Of a stretch of DNA of 64,000 nucleotides, positions 27,580-41,085 are shown one piece after another. Origin of the DNA: Lingula anatina (Eukaryota > Animalia > Brachiopoda); the NCBI GenBank assembly GCA_051362555.1, contig CM120643.1, forward strand, positions 18,046,848-18,110,847, in the 5' to 3' direction. Both the position numbers and the translations under genes were made by a program. Numbering within the stretch: the first letter of the stretch is position 1; the number at the start of each line of letters is the position of its first letter. The notes under the pieces are model-generated. The model was not told the origin of the DNA, searched no databases, and saw only the letters and a list, made by a program, of their open reading frames with translations.

Positions 27580-29973
27580 GTATGCGTGCTCTCTGTCTCT
27601 CAGTGTGCGTATACACGTGCATGTGTTCGCACACATTGCGTATACTTATGGCATAGGTGCCGCCCATGTGCATCAACGTTTATATAACGTTACAATCATC
27701 CGTAAAATGGCCATGACGGAGAGCGGGTTGCTGTGTCATATCTGATACGTTCCGCCCCTATGTGCGACATTTTATTTTCATTATATTAAGATTGACGTTG
27801 CTACGTCAGTTCTGTGCTATTTTAGTATTAAATGATCACGCAGACGAACGGAAATGTGGGTACGGGACAATAAATTGGGTGAGGTGATTATAAGCCACTT
27901 GACAATTACAGACACCTGTATCCCTAAATGCATTAATTGACAAAGTGGATGGTACTGTTTATCCCACCTGTTAATTGATCATTTGATACTTTCATTTATA
28001 AGTGGAGTTTGCTGACGTGTAGCTCTGATGCCAGCTTGGACCACAACTTCAAATCTGCTGATCAGGCTAGTGAACTTGTGACCTTGAAAGTGACCTTGAA
28101 CTGGTCAGCGAAATGAATTTAAAGACACGCGACATTAGATGTAGAAAACTATGGGTGGGTGGGAGGGGGTGGGGGTGGGGGTCGACATCTCTGTTCCCTC
28201 GAATTTCAAGTAAAATATCTCCATCATCCCAATAACATCTCGTCTCTCCTTCATCCTCTCCACCTTGCGTCGATGGGTATTGTGAGAGGAAGAGACCGAG
28301 TGGGTGTTGTTCGGTATCACGATCAGTTTCAACTATGTGAGACGGGTGTATTCATTTTGAAATGCATTCAGTTGAATGTACAGGCTGACTTAGAGCCGGT
28401 TCTTTTAACCCATCTCGACCAGGCTTCGACGATGACGATGATGATGGTTGACCGATACCAGCATTTCCTCACTTTCCATTGGCAATCAGTTTCAAAGCGT
28501 AGCAAAATGAGTATTATCTGAGGTCGAGTTTAGACCCAGTATGCCGTTTAGGATATAAAGATTGTGGTTATATGTTTCCTTATATGTTTCCATGAAATTG
28601 GCTTTATGACCCTTAGGTCTGTGGTGGAGGGTAATGTAGTACAGCTAGTGAGTTTTTGAACAGTTTTACCTCAGTAGAAATATATAGATGCAGAAAAATG
28701 GGAGAAAGGGAGGTCGAAGAGATTTATCAGCGCACCAAAGATGGAGAAGCTTCTATTTGACAAAAATGTAATCCATATGCTTAAACTGAGAAGAAAAAAG
28801 CACAATGAATATTATTCCATATTTCCTAGTTGCGCTTTACCCATTAAGGAACTTACTATACAAACAGTGTTAGTGCGTTGGAGTGCAGCATGCATTAGGA
28901 GCATCGAATTCAATATGTTGCCAACCGCATTCTATTGGGTATTAGCAATAATCTATTGGGTATTTTAATCTATCATTAATTGCCCTTATTGTCCTTGCAT
29001 TTTCATTCTGAAGCGTTTTTTTGCCTCCCACGCCCTCCTAGAAGACAAGCAGTTAAAGCGCTATACGGGTTTTAATCACATTTATGTACCCTCGAGGGCA
29101 TCTTCCGAGAAAGACGCGTAAGGTCAAATTACTTTGCCAGGGCCACTTGTCTCCGTGACCATGTTCTTTCTTTTCATAAATTCAATTTTGAAATGATTTG
29201 GGAAATCAGTCCTATTGTTATAACTAATGACAGCAGATATGTGGACTGTAGTAAGAAGGTACGTTGGTTTTTGTCGATTTCAGAAAAATCGTTGATAAAG
29301 AATGTAGGGAATTGAAATAGTTTTTATTGAAACTGAATTTTTTTTTTGCCTGATTACCAAAGTAATTTGTTTTACTGTCATTTTGAAACCTGCTAGTTTC
29401 AATGTATATGTATATGTGACTACATGCATGTACGTATATATATGTAAATGCATGTCAATAAATGGTAAGTGATCGTTACAAGCAGGTTTCTAATAAATCA
29501 GCATGAAAATTAAGATATATTTGCATAAAGCCAGGTGTAAATAAGATAAAATGACCCAGTTGGGTTAAAATTGTATAAGTATAAATTTTATAAATGGCCT
29601 AGTTGGGTAAAAATTAGAGACCCTTTATTTAGTTATTTCATTTTATTATTAGTATTGGACTTATCTTTTTTAATTTTGTTAAGGGTGCTCTTCGGAAAGG
29701 TGCACAGGGGGAAGGGATACACACCTTCCTATATCTCCCTCTCTCTCTCTCACTCTCTCTCTGATTGACAGCAAATCACTTCGCTGCATTGAATCCGTTC
29801 ACAATCATTTTACACCCATTACTTCAGTTCAAGCGGATGGTGACTTTCGTCTGTAAATCACCGTGAAAATCACTTAAACTAATTCACAGTCGCACAACCG
29901 GAAGCGTTTAGCTAGATAATTACGAGACCACCTGTGCGTACCTGCAATCTCTCTCTCCATCCACCCCCCCCCC

Positions 29974-30031
<58 letters not shown>

Positions 30032-31854
30032 ATTCCGTGGTGCTGTGATGGCACTCCGCTCGCCAAGCTCACAATTTTTTTTCAGATGCGTGCCAATACT
30101 TGGGTCTGGGAAGGGCCTCCGTCTGACCACTCTTTGATGTTGTCTAGTACGTTCCTCTGTCTGCTTTTGAAATTTTTTAGTATGTGAGATGGATATGATG
30201 ATCCTCTGAAGTTTAGTGGTTACCGATGCCACATTATTCAGTGATTAGTGTGAGGGTGCGCTCCTGCGTGAGCGTGCTATTGAGTGAGTCAAAACGTGTT
30301 GCATGCGCATGCATGTTTCTTATGCCATGCATTAACTCGTTTTGATAAACGTGTTCGTGTGCGTTTGTGGGTGCTGCACGGCTGAGAAATAGGCAAACGT
30401 GCACATTTTTACGCATGTGACAAAGTAGATGGTGACACATGCTTCCATCATCAATATATAATTATTTAGAACTTGTTTGAGGTTATTATTTAATTTTTTA
30501 ACTCCACGCGTTTTCGTAATTTCCTTCTATACAACGAAAGTTACTGAACGCCAATTTCCATTAAATGCCATATCCTTCTCTTCCCGACTCCCTTTAACAC
30601 ATCTCTAGGAATTTACACCATCGCTTTTTTTTACATCTGCTAAGTGGGGAGCTCTTTGTATTGCCTTCATAGCAATTACATCAATAGACCTACTCTAACA
30701 AGCGTTAAATAGTGGAGGAAGTAAAAGACAGATTGTGTTTGAGGTAGATAAACACTCAGGGATCAATTAATACAGTATAGCAACGTACGGCAAAACCCTA
30801 GCTACCGGGCGATAGGAAAAATGTCGGACTAATGAAAAGGAGGGGTTTGTCAATGAAACGGGTTACCGTGGAGTGAAACGTTAATTAAGGTTCGATCGTC
30901 ACTTCTTGATTGTATTGAAGTGTTGATTGTTATATTTCTGGTAAGCTCCATATCGATGTGTCTACAAGGAAGCGGGAATTATCCCCAGCTTCTGACTCGA
31001 TGTCCTTGTTTCCGCAAAGATAGTATTATTGGAGCGTGTTATTAGTGGTGGCTGTATTTAAGTAAATGAAAAGGCGGAGAAACAGGTGTTTTACGCACGG
31101 GAATGCATCGAGCATGTGTTGCTTATTCAAATCAGTGGAAATAAAACAGAAGCAAGCTTGGTATGAGTGGCATGAGTTTTTTTGTTCATTTCCTTATAAA
31201 CATTTGCGGATTTTTTTGCCATATGTGAAATATTATCTAAGGTATATTTATCTTAGTAAGGTATATTTAAATTCTGTTGATGTTTTATGTTTATTGCGGA
31301 CAGGATGCATGAGAGAGATAACTTTTCCTGTATGCAATTCGTTACTTTATATCATTTTTCAACTTCTCTCTACCCCCCTCTCTCTATCTGTCTTGTTTTC
31401 CATCCCTCTTTCTCAGCGTTTATAGTCATATTCACGCACACACCTAGCTCTCTCTCTCTCTCCCTCTCTCTCTCTCCTTTTCCCTCCATATTCACAACAT
31501 TACAAATACACTCTTTCTCATACCCTCTCTCCCTCTCTCTTTTCTCTCTATTTCTCTCACTCTCTCTCTCTGTCTCTCCTTCTCTCTCTCTACACACACA
31601 CACACTTACACACTTTGCCTCTAAATGCGCCAGCACGAAAAAAAGAGCATGTTCTTACAACCAGGGACTGCGTTCACTAATGAAATCAGAGTGCCCACTT
31701 GTAAACCGTAGACGAGTGACTAAACCGTCTTACTCTGTTACTCTGCAAACTCAGAGTTCTCCCGGTGGAACTCAGCCGTTAGGTCAGTCACCGTTCTCGA
31801 CCAACCAGATGACGACGTCGACACCGCCACTGTCGATCCGACCCGTATCTAGTA

Positions 31855-32020
31855 TGACGTCAACGTGTTAGCTTTCAAGTACTTCCGCTGAGCCTCAAGG
31901 AAACATTAGAAGCGAGTGTATAACAAGTGTCAATCAATAGTATGTGGGTGGGGCTTTATAGCTTTGAGTCTCAGCCGCTTGTCTATAAATATATGGGCTC
32001 GTGGCTGGAAGCAGTCAGTA
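31855..32020 (+). promoter_or_regulatory. Core promoter of the CYP51-like gene (CRE, GT/GC box, TATA, Inr)
   Basis: TGACGTCA at 31855-31862, GGGTGGGGC at 31946-31954, TATAAAT at 31984-31990 and TCAGT initiator at 32015-32019, about 31 nt after the TATA start. Confidence 0.65.
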
Positions 32021-32165
32021 ATACTCTGAGAGGAGCAAGAGGGAACACAGAGAGGAACTTATACAGGGCTAAACAGTAGCTCGATACTTTGACGACTTGA
32101 TTCATCTTTCATTAAGACATTCCGGCTGAAGATTTTTAAAAAAAGTTAGTATCAATTCACGGCTC
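32017..32165 (+). other. Probable non-coding first exon of the CYP51-like gene
   Basis: Starts at the Inr and ends at a consensus GTAAGT donor (32166). A polypyrimidine/TTGCAG acceptor ends at 32459, 13 nt before the ATG. Confidence 0.55.
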
Positions 32166-32471
32166 GTAAGTCTCTAATTCAGTTTACCTTTCAATACCTG
32201 CAGTGATTTCACGCAGTGACTTCACAGCGAAATTATAATTTTTTTTCGTCCGTTAGCGAAGAGACGCAATATTGAAATAATGGGAACTCAGCATACCTGT
32301 GGTTGTCCAAAGCTCGACCTACCTTTCAAATGAGGCAGCATCCATGAGGGTTAAACGCTATTCGAACGCTGTGGGATCGCACTATAACAAACCGTTTCAG
32401 CTGTCACAACTAGTTATTACATTCTCGTGTCTATTTCATGTCTTTTTTTTTCATTGCAGAACCAGCACATA

Positions 32472-33036
32472 ATGGCAGTAATATTTCATCTACTCAACAG
32501 CGTTGATCACAGCAGTGTGTTGCTCCTTGTTTCCTGCCTATTACTGGCGGGTATACAACTTTTGCAGCGTTACAGTTTTTCAAGCTGGAAACAGTTTTTC
32601 TTTACTAGACGGGTAAGTGTAACTACTGCTACTTTTTTTCATTTTTAACGTTTTTGTGCAGATGTTTTTTCTTGTAATTTTGAAATATATTAGGATGGGG
32701 ATAACAACTGTAAAGCGCGTTAATACCTGATTATCTAAGAATTGAAATATTTGTAACATTGATCTCAGATATTGAAATTACCAACCGACGTATTTTTAAT
32801 GGGGAAAAAGTATACGTGTGTGTTTGATTTTGTAAGGGACCAAGGACATAAGATAGGACCAATAAGTTATGATTAAATCTAGCGATTTAACCTTGACGTT
32901 TAATTCTACTGTAATTGGTAGCGATTCGTGTAATACGAAGGACAGTGGAATGCAACCTTGTTTATTTGACACGAATGTCTTATTAATCCGTTTTCCTTTG
33001 GTCTTCCTCAAACCGAAACCGAATATGACACAGAAT

Positions 33037-33076
<40 letters not shown>

Positions 33077-36000
33077 GTAATCTTTGGTTTTATGTTAGAT
33101 GACAAATGACTCTGTTTTTCACTTACAGAAAAACCAACTTCCACCGTTCATCTCGGCATCACTTCCATTCTTTGGCCACGCATTCGCGTATGGTAAAAAT
33201 CCTAAAGAATTCCTGCTCAACGCATACAGAAAGGTGAGCTTTTTTCTTGACTTTTTACCTACTGTTGTACTGTCTGATATCAGTTTGGAACATGATATTC
33301 TGGGACTGTAGTTAGTTAGTTAGGTAGGTAGACGGTAAGCATTGAAATAAGCAGGAGTAAAGTGTTGGTCAATTCTGATAGTTATAAATATTATATAGCA
33401 TTTTTTTGTTATATTCATATTGAGAGAGTGACTTGACATTGACTTGGCACATTCACTCATGACCTCACCGTCAATCGTTTCATTTTTTCAATGCAACGTG
33501 ATTTAGTATTTTACGCGTATTAAAAAAAGAAGGAACAAGGCAGTTTCCGATATGACAAAATGGCTCAAATCATCATAAGCAACACCGTTTAGCTTTTGAA
33601 AGTATTGAATGCGTATGACGCACAGCTTAAAACATATGAGAAGAAAGAGAAATAAGTTTGTATATGTAAGCATGCCTACATCCGATACCACCATACGAGC
33701 GGTAAAATAAAACCATACAAAGCTATAATTGTAGAGAATAAAGCTCAACGTGGGTGGAACGAGACAAATTACACATATCATATACAGATATTGTGATCTA
33801 TGTATTGATGCCATTCATGAGGGCGGTATAATGCATGGATTCTGTAAATCTGCATCTACGATAAAGCCGCTTATCAAGGAAAATTGAAATGGAGGGATTA
33901 ACTATTAACATAAAAATAGCGCATTCTGTGAAGAAGTATGTTGTGTTAGGAAAACAACGTTTACATGACCAATAAACGTAATGGTAACGTTACAAAACGT
34001 ACTGTGTTTGGTGAGTTACTCCTTCACAGTGCTTGAAATTAAGTTAATGCCTTGCCCTTCTTTTCAGTATGGCCCAGCGTTTAGGTTCACGATGATGGGC
34101 AAAACATTCACGTTTTTGGTTGGTCCAGAAGCGTCAAGGGAATTTTATTACAGCCCGAACGACCAGCTAAACGGAGAAGAAATGAACTCGAAAATTACGA
34201 CTCCCATTCTCGGCAAAGACACAGCATATGATGTTCCTCATTCGGTAAGACGCATTTTATTGACATTTCATTTTTCTGCTGTAACACCAAATCATCTTGA
34301 TGTCGTATTTTAACTGCTGATTGGTAAAACAAATTGAACGATCCAGTTCACTGATTAAAACCAGGTTTTAAATTTCTTTCTTGCTTGTATGTGTGAAATT
34401 CGTTTCACGTGTTGACCCCGATTCTCCCGGCTAACGTTAGATTGTACTTATCATGTTGGACTCAGTTTTTTCATTTCTTGTACTTCCTATCCTGTCACAC
34501 CGGTACCCAAACCAAAATTAAAAATGTTTAATTTTTTTTTCTTTAAAGGTAATGTTGGAACAGTTTCGTCTAATTAGAAAGTCAGGCCTCACCCGGAACA
34601 GAATGGAAGAGTATGCCTCTGTCATTGAGGACGAGGTTACCCAATATCTGGAGGAGAAGTGGGGAGAGACAGGAAGTATTGGTAAGTGTTTACTGTTTGA
34701 AAACAGATAATCTTGGTTGGCTTTATGGTGGCATGTACAACGCTTGCTTTCAATGTTTTGGATGAAGGGGGATGCTAATTCTGCAAGATATATCTGTGTA
34801 TATCCCCAACATTTGAAGGGAATCTCATCAAACAGAATATATTGACTCCAGATATATTTAAGTTTCCACAAAGCAAATTTTTACTTTCAATCATTAAAAA
34901 TGTTAAAAGAAAGCAGATCTCTAGAAAAACCTATGAGCCCTTTCTATTTTATTGGCTTAGCGTGTTTAGCCACGCCCACTTGTTGTGTGACTGACATTAC
35001 CCATCAACGTCTAACAAACCAATAATGGGTTTTCTTCCACAATTATCTTGGCAGTGGCAAAGGAAGTCGATATTTATAGTGGCCCTTGTAGATCTAAACA
35101 GATCAGAATTCGGATATGATGACACCGATTTGGCCTTACAATGTCGAGGTTGTGTCAATTAAGACAACAGGTTATATAAATGTATGCTCAAAGCACGTGG
35201 AACACGCGTTTCAATACATAAGCCCAGGGGGCGTTCTGGCATCATGTTCCGACCTCCGTAGTTAATGATCAATAGATAACGAGGTGATAAGGTCTGTGGT
35301 GATTATAATTTGCTCACTGTCCAACACTTCTTATTGATTTTGCATCTCTTAGTTAAAAAAATGCCGTTGGTTAACTGATGTATTTGTTTTTCTTGTTGAC
35401 ATCGTTGGTTTTTTGCACTTTTTTGTGTCCTTGTATTTTTTTTATTCTTGTCTATTCGATGTTCTTTTAGGTATTTGCATTTGCTTATTAGTCCAATTTC
35501 TTCTGGTGTTTTTCAAGCTTGATTTTGAATAGTTTTCAACTTTTATAGAAAGGAATTGTTGCTTTATGTTTCTTTACCATATTTTGCATTGCTGGTATTT
35601 GACATTTATAATTTTGACTTGTAAGTGCATTGTTGAAACCATTTTTGTATTCTAAATGATTTTCGTGAATTATTCTTGCTCCTTATGTTGATTTTTGTTA
35701 AATTTAACGTTGTTTCTTTAATGAGTCCTTCTTTTCCTTTTTTTGTTGACTATCAAATTTGATCGACATTCCCTTTTTTTCCAGACATTCTTCACACATT
35801 CCGTGAACTGTGCGTTCGTTGCGGGCCGAAATGCCTCCTGGGAACGGATGTGACGAAAGCGGTTAACCTCGACCTCTATCATGACCTCATCTCAGGGTTT
35901 CATCCCCTTGTTATGACCATTCCCAGTTTTATGCAATCAGCTGTCTTTTAGTAAGTTATATGACCCTTTATCTCATATCACAACTAACGGTGATTGCCTC

Positions 36001-36923
36001 GGGCATGAGTCTGTTATTTATTTATTTATTTATTTATTTATTGATCGTTTGCATTTTTTTGTTTGTTGGCCATAACTTCCTATTTTCCCTTTCCCTCCAT
36101 ACCGTCTCTTAGTTACTGGTCCATATTTCCAAGAATAAAAAACTTTAGCCCCTCCTGCCGATTAAAAAGCAACTCTACTGCATGTCTTAGTTACCTCTGA
36201 TAGCATGCCATTATTCCCTTGGTTTCGTATAGTATTTGCTTAATCGCATCAATTCAAGTAATTACGTTAAAGCGTCAATACTATTGAAGGTCAAGGGAAT
36301 AATTGTAATGTTTTTTTTCGTGCCATACAAGTAATTGTGTGAAACCATTAATCTGTTGAGCTGACCGACATATGTTTCCTCCACGTGTTTGTACAAAGTT
36401 ATATATGCAACGGATAGCATGATAATGACAAATGCTTGATAATGCGAATAATTTACTTAAGGTTGGAACATGTTTGAGTCAATTACCTTCCTTAGTTGGC
36501 CAGTTTTAGCCTAAGAGATCTGGCGAAATGGCGGTGAAGTTAAGCAAAGTGAAGACTTTTTTTGTTGTATTATTTCTGAGAAAATTTTGAAGTTATTTTT
36601 GGTGCCAGGAAAGAAAATATTATTATGAAACAGGTTTATGAAAATAAAGAAGGCTTATTTGTCCCATTTTGCTTTACAGTAAACGCGACAGGGCCAACGC
36701 TAAGATTCGAAAGATATTCCAAGAAATCATCAACAAAAGACGCGAAGAACCGACAAGAGAAGATGACACCTTACAGCGTCTAATGGAATCTAAGAACAAG
36801 TAAGTTCAGTCGCATTAAGAAAATTAAGGCAAATTTTTATATTAGTATCATTTGAATCACATTTCACGAAGGATCAATTGAAAAATGTTTTCTGAAATAA
36901 ATATACCCATTATTATTATTATA

Positions 36924-36956
<33 letters not shown>

Positions 36957-38901
36957 GTTCATTCTGGGTCTGTGGAATAAGTTCTGGGTATTTTTTCTGG
37001 CTCAGGTTTGAATTTGAAATGTAAAACAAGAATAAAATCAGTGAATCCTTATGTTTCTTTTTATTTCCAGACACGGGCAGCCACTAACTGACACAGAATT
37101 AATCGGAATAATGACTGCATTGATGACACTGGGAACAGAAGAACCTTCAATTACAAGCACATGGTTTGGGCTTTTTTTGGCTAAACACCAGGATGTACAG
37201 GTAAGGAATGATCAGAGGACTGTTTTTTTAATGGAATTTCGTCATGTTTTACTGATGAAAAACGTTTTGATAAAAGTGTTTTTATTACTTCTCTTGCCTT
37301 GTATGTCAAATACAGGATCCCCGCAGAAAATGTATCTAAAGCACATGTGGCATTTTATTTAGTGCTATATAGTATAAATAAATAAATGTATTTTCATAAA
37401 CACATAACAATAAACGAATGGTAGAGTTATTTCAGAAGTTTTTAGTAATATGTACACGTTGAGTCGTTTCCATTTCGTTTGTTATATTCACATAATAAAT
37501 ACGAGAACATCCTTTTCTCTATCAGGAACAAATATACCAAGAGCAGATGGAAGATGCTAGTGGATTAGATTATAAAGTCCTAGAAAAATACCCCGCCTTG
37601 GAGAGGGGCCTGAAAGAGACTTTAAGGTTGCGACCACCGGCATTCACCTTCATCCGGAAATGCCGTAAAGATAAGGTAAGAAACAGTCTCTTACATAAGA
37701 AATATTTTCACCTGCGATGCAGCCTAGCAAGTCTATAGGTCCTAGGGCACAATATATGTACATTGCGTCCTAGGTAGGTCAGAGGTCAGGTAGATTTCAT
37801 CATCAACATAATAGCCTAATCTTCTTTTTCTTCTGTTTTTCTTCTTTTCAAAATTTTGCAAACTAAGTCCGTGACAGGTTCTGTTCCGTTCAGACTTTGA
37901 CGTGTTTCAAACAGGCGAACACTTATGCTAACAACTTTTTTTGTAGCCTGACATAACTCTTAATGGTTAAGGTGACTCTCCAGTTCAGTGTGAACTTCCT
38001 CATTGCGAAAATTTATCAAAGTTGAGACATCGATTTTGATCGGGGACACGTCCTTAATCTCTTTCAAAATGCTATTACAGCTTGCTATTACATGTCTTAC
38101 GTTTATTATTATTCTTAACATTATGCTTATACTATTCTTCTTCTCCAGGACGTTTTAGATTACACTTTGACTCCCGGCACCATGACGTGCATTTCCATCA
38201 TCGTCAACCAGACTTTGCCTGAAATTTGGGGAGAGGATGCGGAGGACTTTAAGCCTGACAGGTACAGACATGTCTTTGTCTCCTTGCCCTATGTGCACTC
38301 TGAAATGTTGTCCTATTCATATCAGTTTAAGAGAAAAGGGTCTCAGTTGTAATAACAGGAATAACACATTTTGAATGACCTCTCTTTCATGTTTTCCCTG
38401 TTTAATTTAATAATTAAGGAAACAGTGGACGGGTGTTGTGGGGGTGCTGTGGGGGTGGGGGGGGGGGGCTACCAAGCATGTATTTACTGAAGTTCAGGTT
38501 TCAAGCTGTATCTGTTTTGTTAAACTTTTACTTTAGAAACTCCTAACAGCTTTTTAATACAAAGTTTATGTCGTTAGAAGATGAAACAAAAAAACTTATA
38601 TTGTATATGTGCAATGTATCACTCATCAAATATTAGGATACTAAATTGTCCACATTTGCCTATTTTCAGATTCATTGACTTTGGAAACAACCCCAGACAA
38701 CAAGCCTCATACACACCATTCGGCGCAGGGACACACAAATGCCTTGGTCCTAACTTCGCCATGTTGGAAATGAAGACAATCTGGGCGACCATCTTAAGAA
38801 AATACAAACTTGAACTTCCTTCTGAGCGTTTTCCAGTGGAGGATCGTACGACGCTATTTCTCATCCCAGACGATAAGAAAGTCATATATAAGAAGAGATG
38901 A
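32472..38901 (+). CDS. CYP51: Cytochrome P450, CYP51 (sterol 14-alpha-demethylase) family, divergent; 10 coding exons, 488 aa
   Basis: Exons 32472-32612, 33129-33233, 34068-34244, 34549-34681, 35785-35950, 36680-36799, 37071-37200, 37526-37675, 38149-38261, 38670-38901. All introns are GT-AG with compatible phases; total 1467 nt, no internal stop. N-terminal membrane anchor, then [62 protein letters not shown] (ExxR), FKPDRF, heme motif [11 protein letters not shown] and C-terminal YKKR. These are collinear with animal CYP51 as recalled (PIPFLGHAIAFGKSP, YGPVFSFTMVGKTFTYL, LTTPVFGKGVAYDVP, PFGAGRHRCIG). Confidence 0.93.
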
Positions 38902-41085
38902 TTGGTTGAGGCTTCCGCTTGCCAGAGAAATTTACCAATCATAGCAACTTTTACATCTGCTCTGCGGGGTCCGAACTTTCACATTGCGTGATATGGTTTC
39001 GTTGATCAGTTGATCGAACAAGTGGAACCACTTGAAGCCCCACACAAGGAAGTTATGAGAAAGATTTAAATTATTTTTGTATGTCTCTTTTTTGTATACA
39101 CATATTTATTAAGTTATTTATTTTAGATTGGCGTAACGTGACCGTCCAGATATTAATTTAGCTAGATCACTTAGATTAGTAAGTCTTAGACGATGGTTAT
39201 TTTAAATCTCTTCCCAGGGACCCTCATCAATCTTTTTCACTTATCTTCTCTCCCTTCTTTATTTTCCTTGCTTGAGCAAATTTTATCTCACGCCTATCAT
39301 TAAATTTATGAGATCTTTTTTTATATCTTTACTGTCGGTTTCTCCAATGTGGATTATAAAGGTCTCGATGGCTGTAGGATTAGACATTGAAACTGTCGTA
39401 GAGACTTGATAGCCAGAGTGATACAGTACATTTCATAGATTAGACATTAGTCACACTTTTGACGGGATCGAGAGGATGTTTTGGTATCAGATTCCCAAAA
39501 TGAGTTAAAGACGTAGTAAATGCGTCACTCCCTCAATGAAGCGCGTTTTCGCGGCAAGATGTCTTTCCTGTATAGTTGTACTAGCTTGCCATGTGGAGAT
39601 AATCATGTCGTATTCACCTGCACCCAGCTCTTACTGCACGGGAATAAAACAGGTGGTGGGGTTTAAGCACTGAGTCAGCTAAGCCTTGTCATTGTTTACA
39701 CACGTTGTAGACCACTGATTACCCTGAATTTGATGGTATCGAAATGTTGGAAGTGTTGGTTCTTATTTCATTCACGCTGAAGCATGTTACATTCAGATTT
39801 TAAGGGTGTTTGTAGGTTAGGGGATAACAGATCAGAAGGCTGTGGATATGGGGGTTGGGTTACTAGTTTGAACTTTACATATTAATCTGTGTTCTTTCAA
39901 ACGATTCGGTGCCTGATTAGACTGATTAATTTTACTACAACAGAAATATTACTGTGTGTGGTAATTTTGTGGCACCGACACATTTGTGATAGTATTTTAA
40001 TTTGAAGTCGTAGTACTGCATATTGTGTTTATGGTAATATGTGCATTAAGCACTATTTGTCTAGCCGAGGTTCAAGACTTAGTTAAAGTGTTATTAGAGT
40101 AATAATCCCCAACCTCCCGCCCTCTTTCAGTGGGATGACGTAATCATGTACGTCATGACAAATTGCTCATAGTCAGGCGGAAAATGCATTTAATCGTTGG
40201 CTCTCCAATATTTATTTTCCCGTTTTATCATTAAGCGATAATTGATCGCAGGAAGGGCATAGTAGGAGTATTGTTTATCCACCTGGTTCTCATTCTGAGT
40301 CAGATTTTTACGCGCGTTACTCCTTGCCCGGCCCTGGAGTAAGATTGTGTCCCGTCTCATCCCGTGTCTCTGCTACCGCATTTGGCGAGATTTATCTCGC
40401 TTTTTCTATATTTACTGGCCCCAGTTGCATAATAATGAAACCTATGTAATATGAAGTCGTTGTGGGTATTCAACGGAATCTTATTACATGTGAGATTATA
40501 TTTTCAATGTTTATGAATGGTAAATATCCTTATCACAGAGGAGTTGTTTGTAAAGATGGTGTAATGACCAGAGACAGTTCATCAGAGTAATTGTTATTGT
40601 ATATATAACGTTATCACGTTGGTGTATTTATTGAAGCACCATGTAGAATCTCAAAGCATACGTCTAAATATTTATTATATGTAAAACTACTAATGTAATG
40701 TTTATTTATTATTATTACTATTTATTGATGACAGATGCTTGGCAAAAGAATAAATGAAATGTTAAATTAAACCCTTTTTATTTGTATATTCCTCTGTTTT
40801 TAATCGGGCATCTGATTAAGCAATAAAAATATTGCGACATTCGCTACATTAGTACTTACCGACATGCGAATGTAAGATTTTGATTTTTTTTTTTTTTTGA
40901 AAGGGGGGGAGGAGGAATGGTGCCAAACTTTAAATATAAATAGTAGACGAAAACACATTTCTTTAGGACGAAGGTCAGAAAGACTTGCTTGGTGTTGTTT
41001 TTTCGCTTGTTAAATGGTGTATTGCAAAGGAGAATACGGCGGGGGAAGGGGGGGGGCACCATAAAGATATAACGCGCTAAATATA

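Noticed and set aside
32472-38901. CYP51-like gene as a pseudogene
   Set aside because: All ten exons join in frame with canonical splice sites, the heme Cys and ExxR are intact, and a promoter is present.
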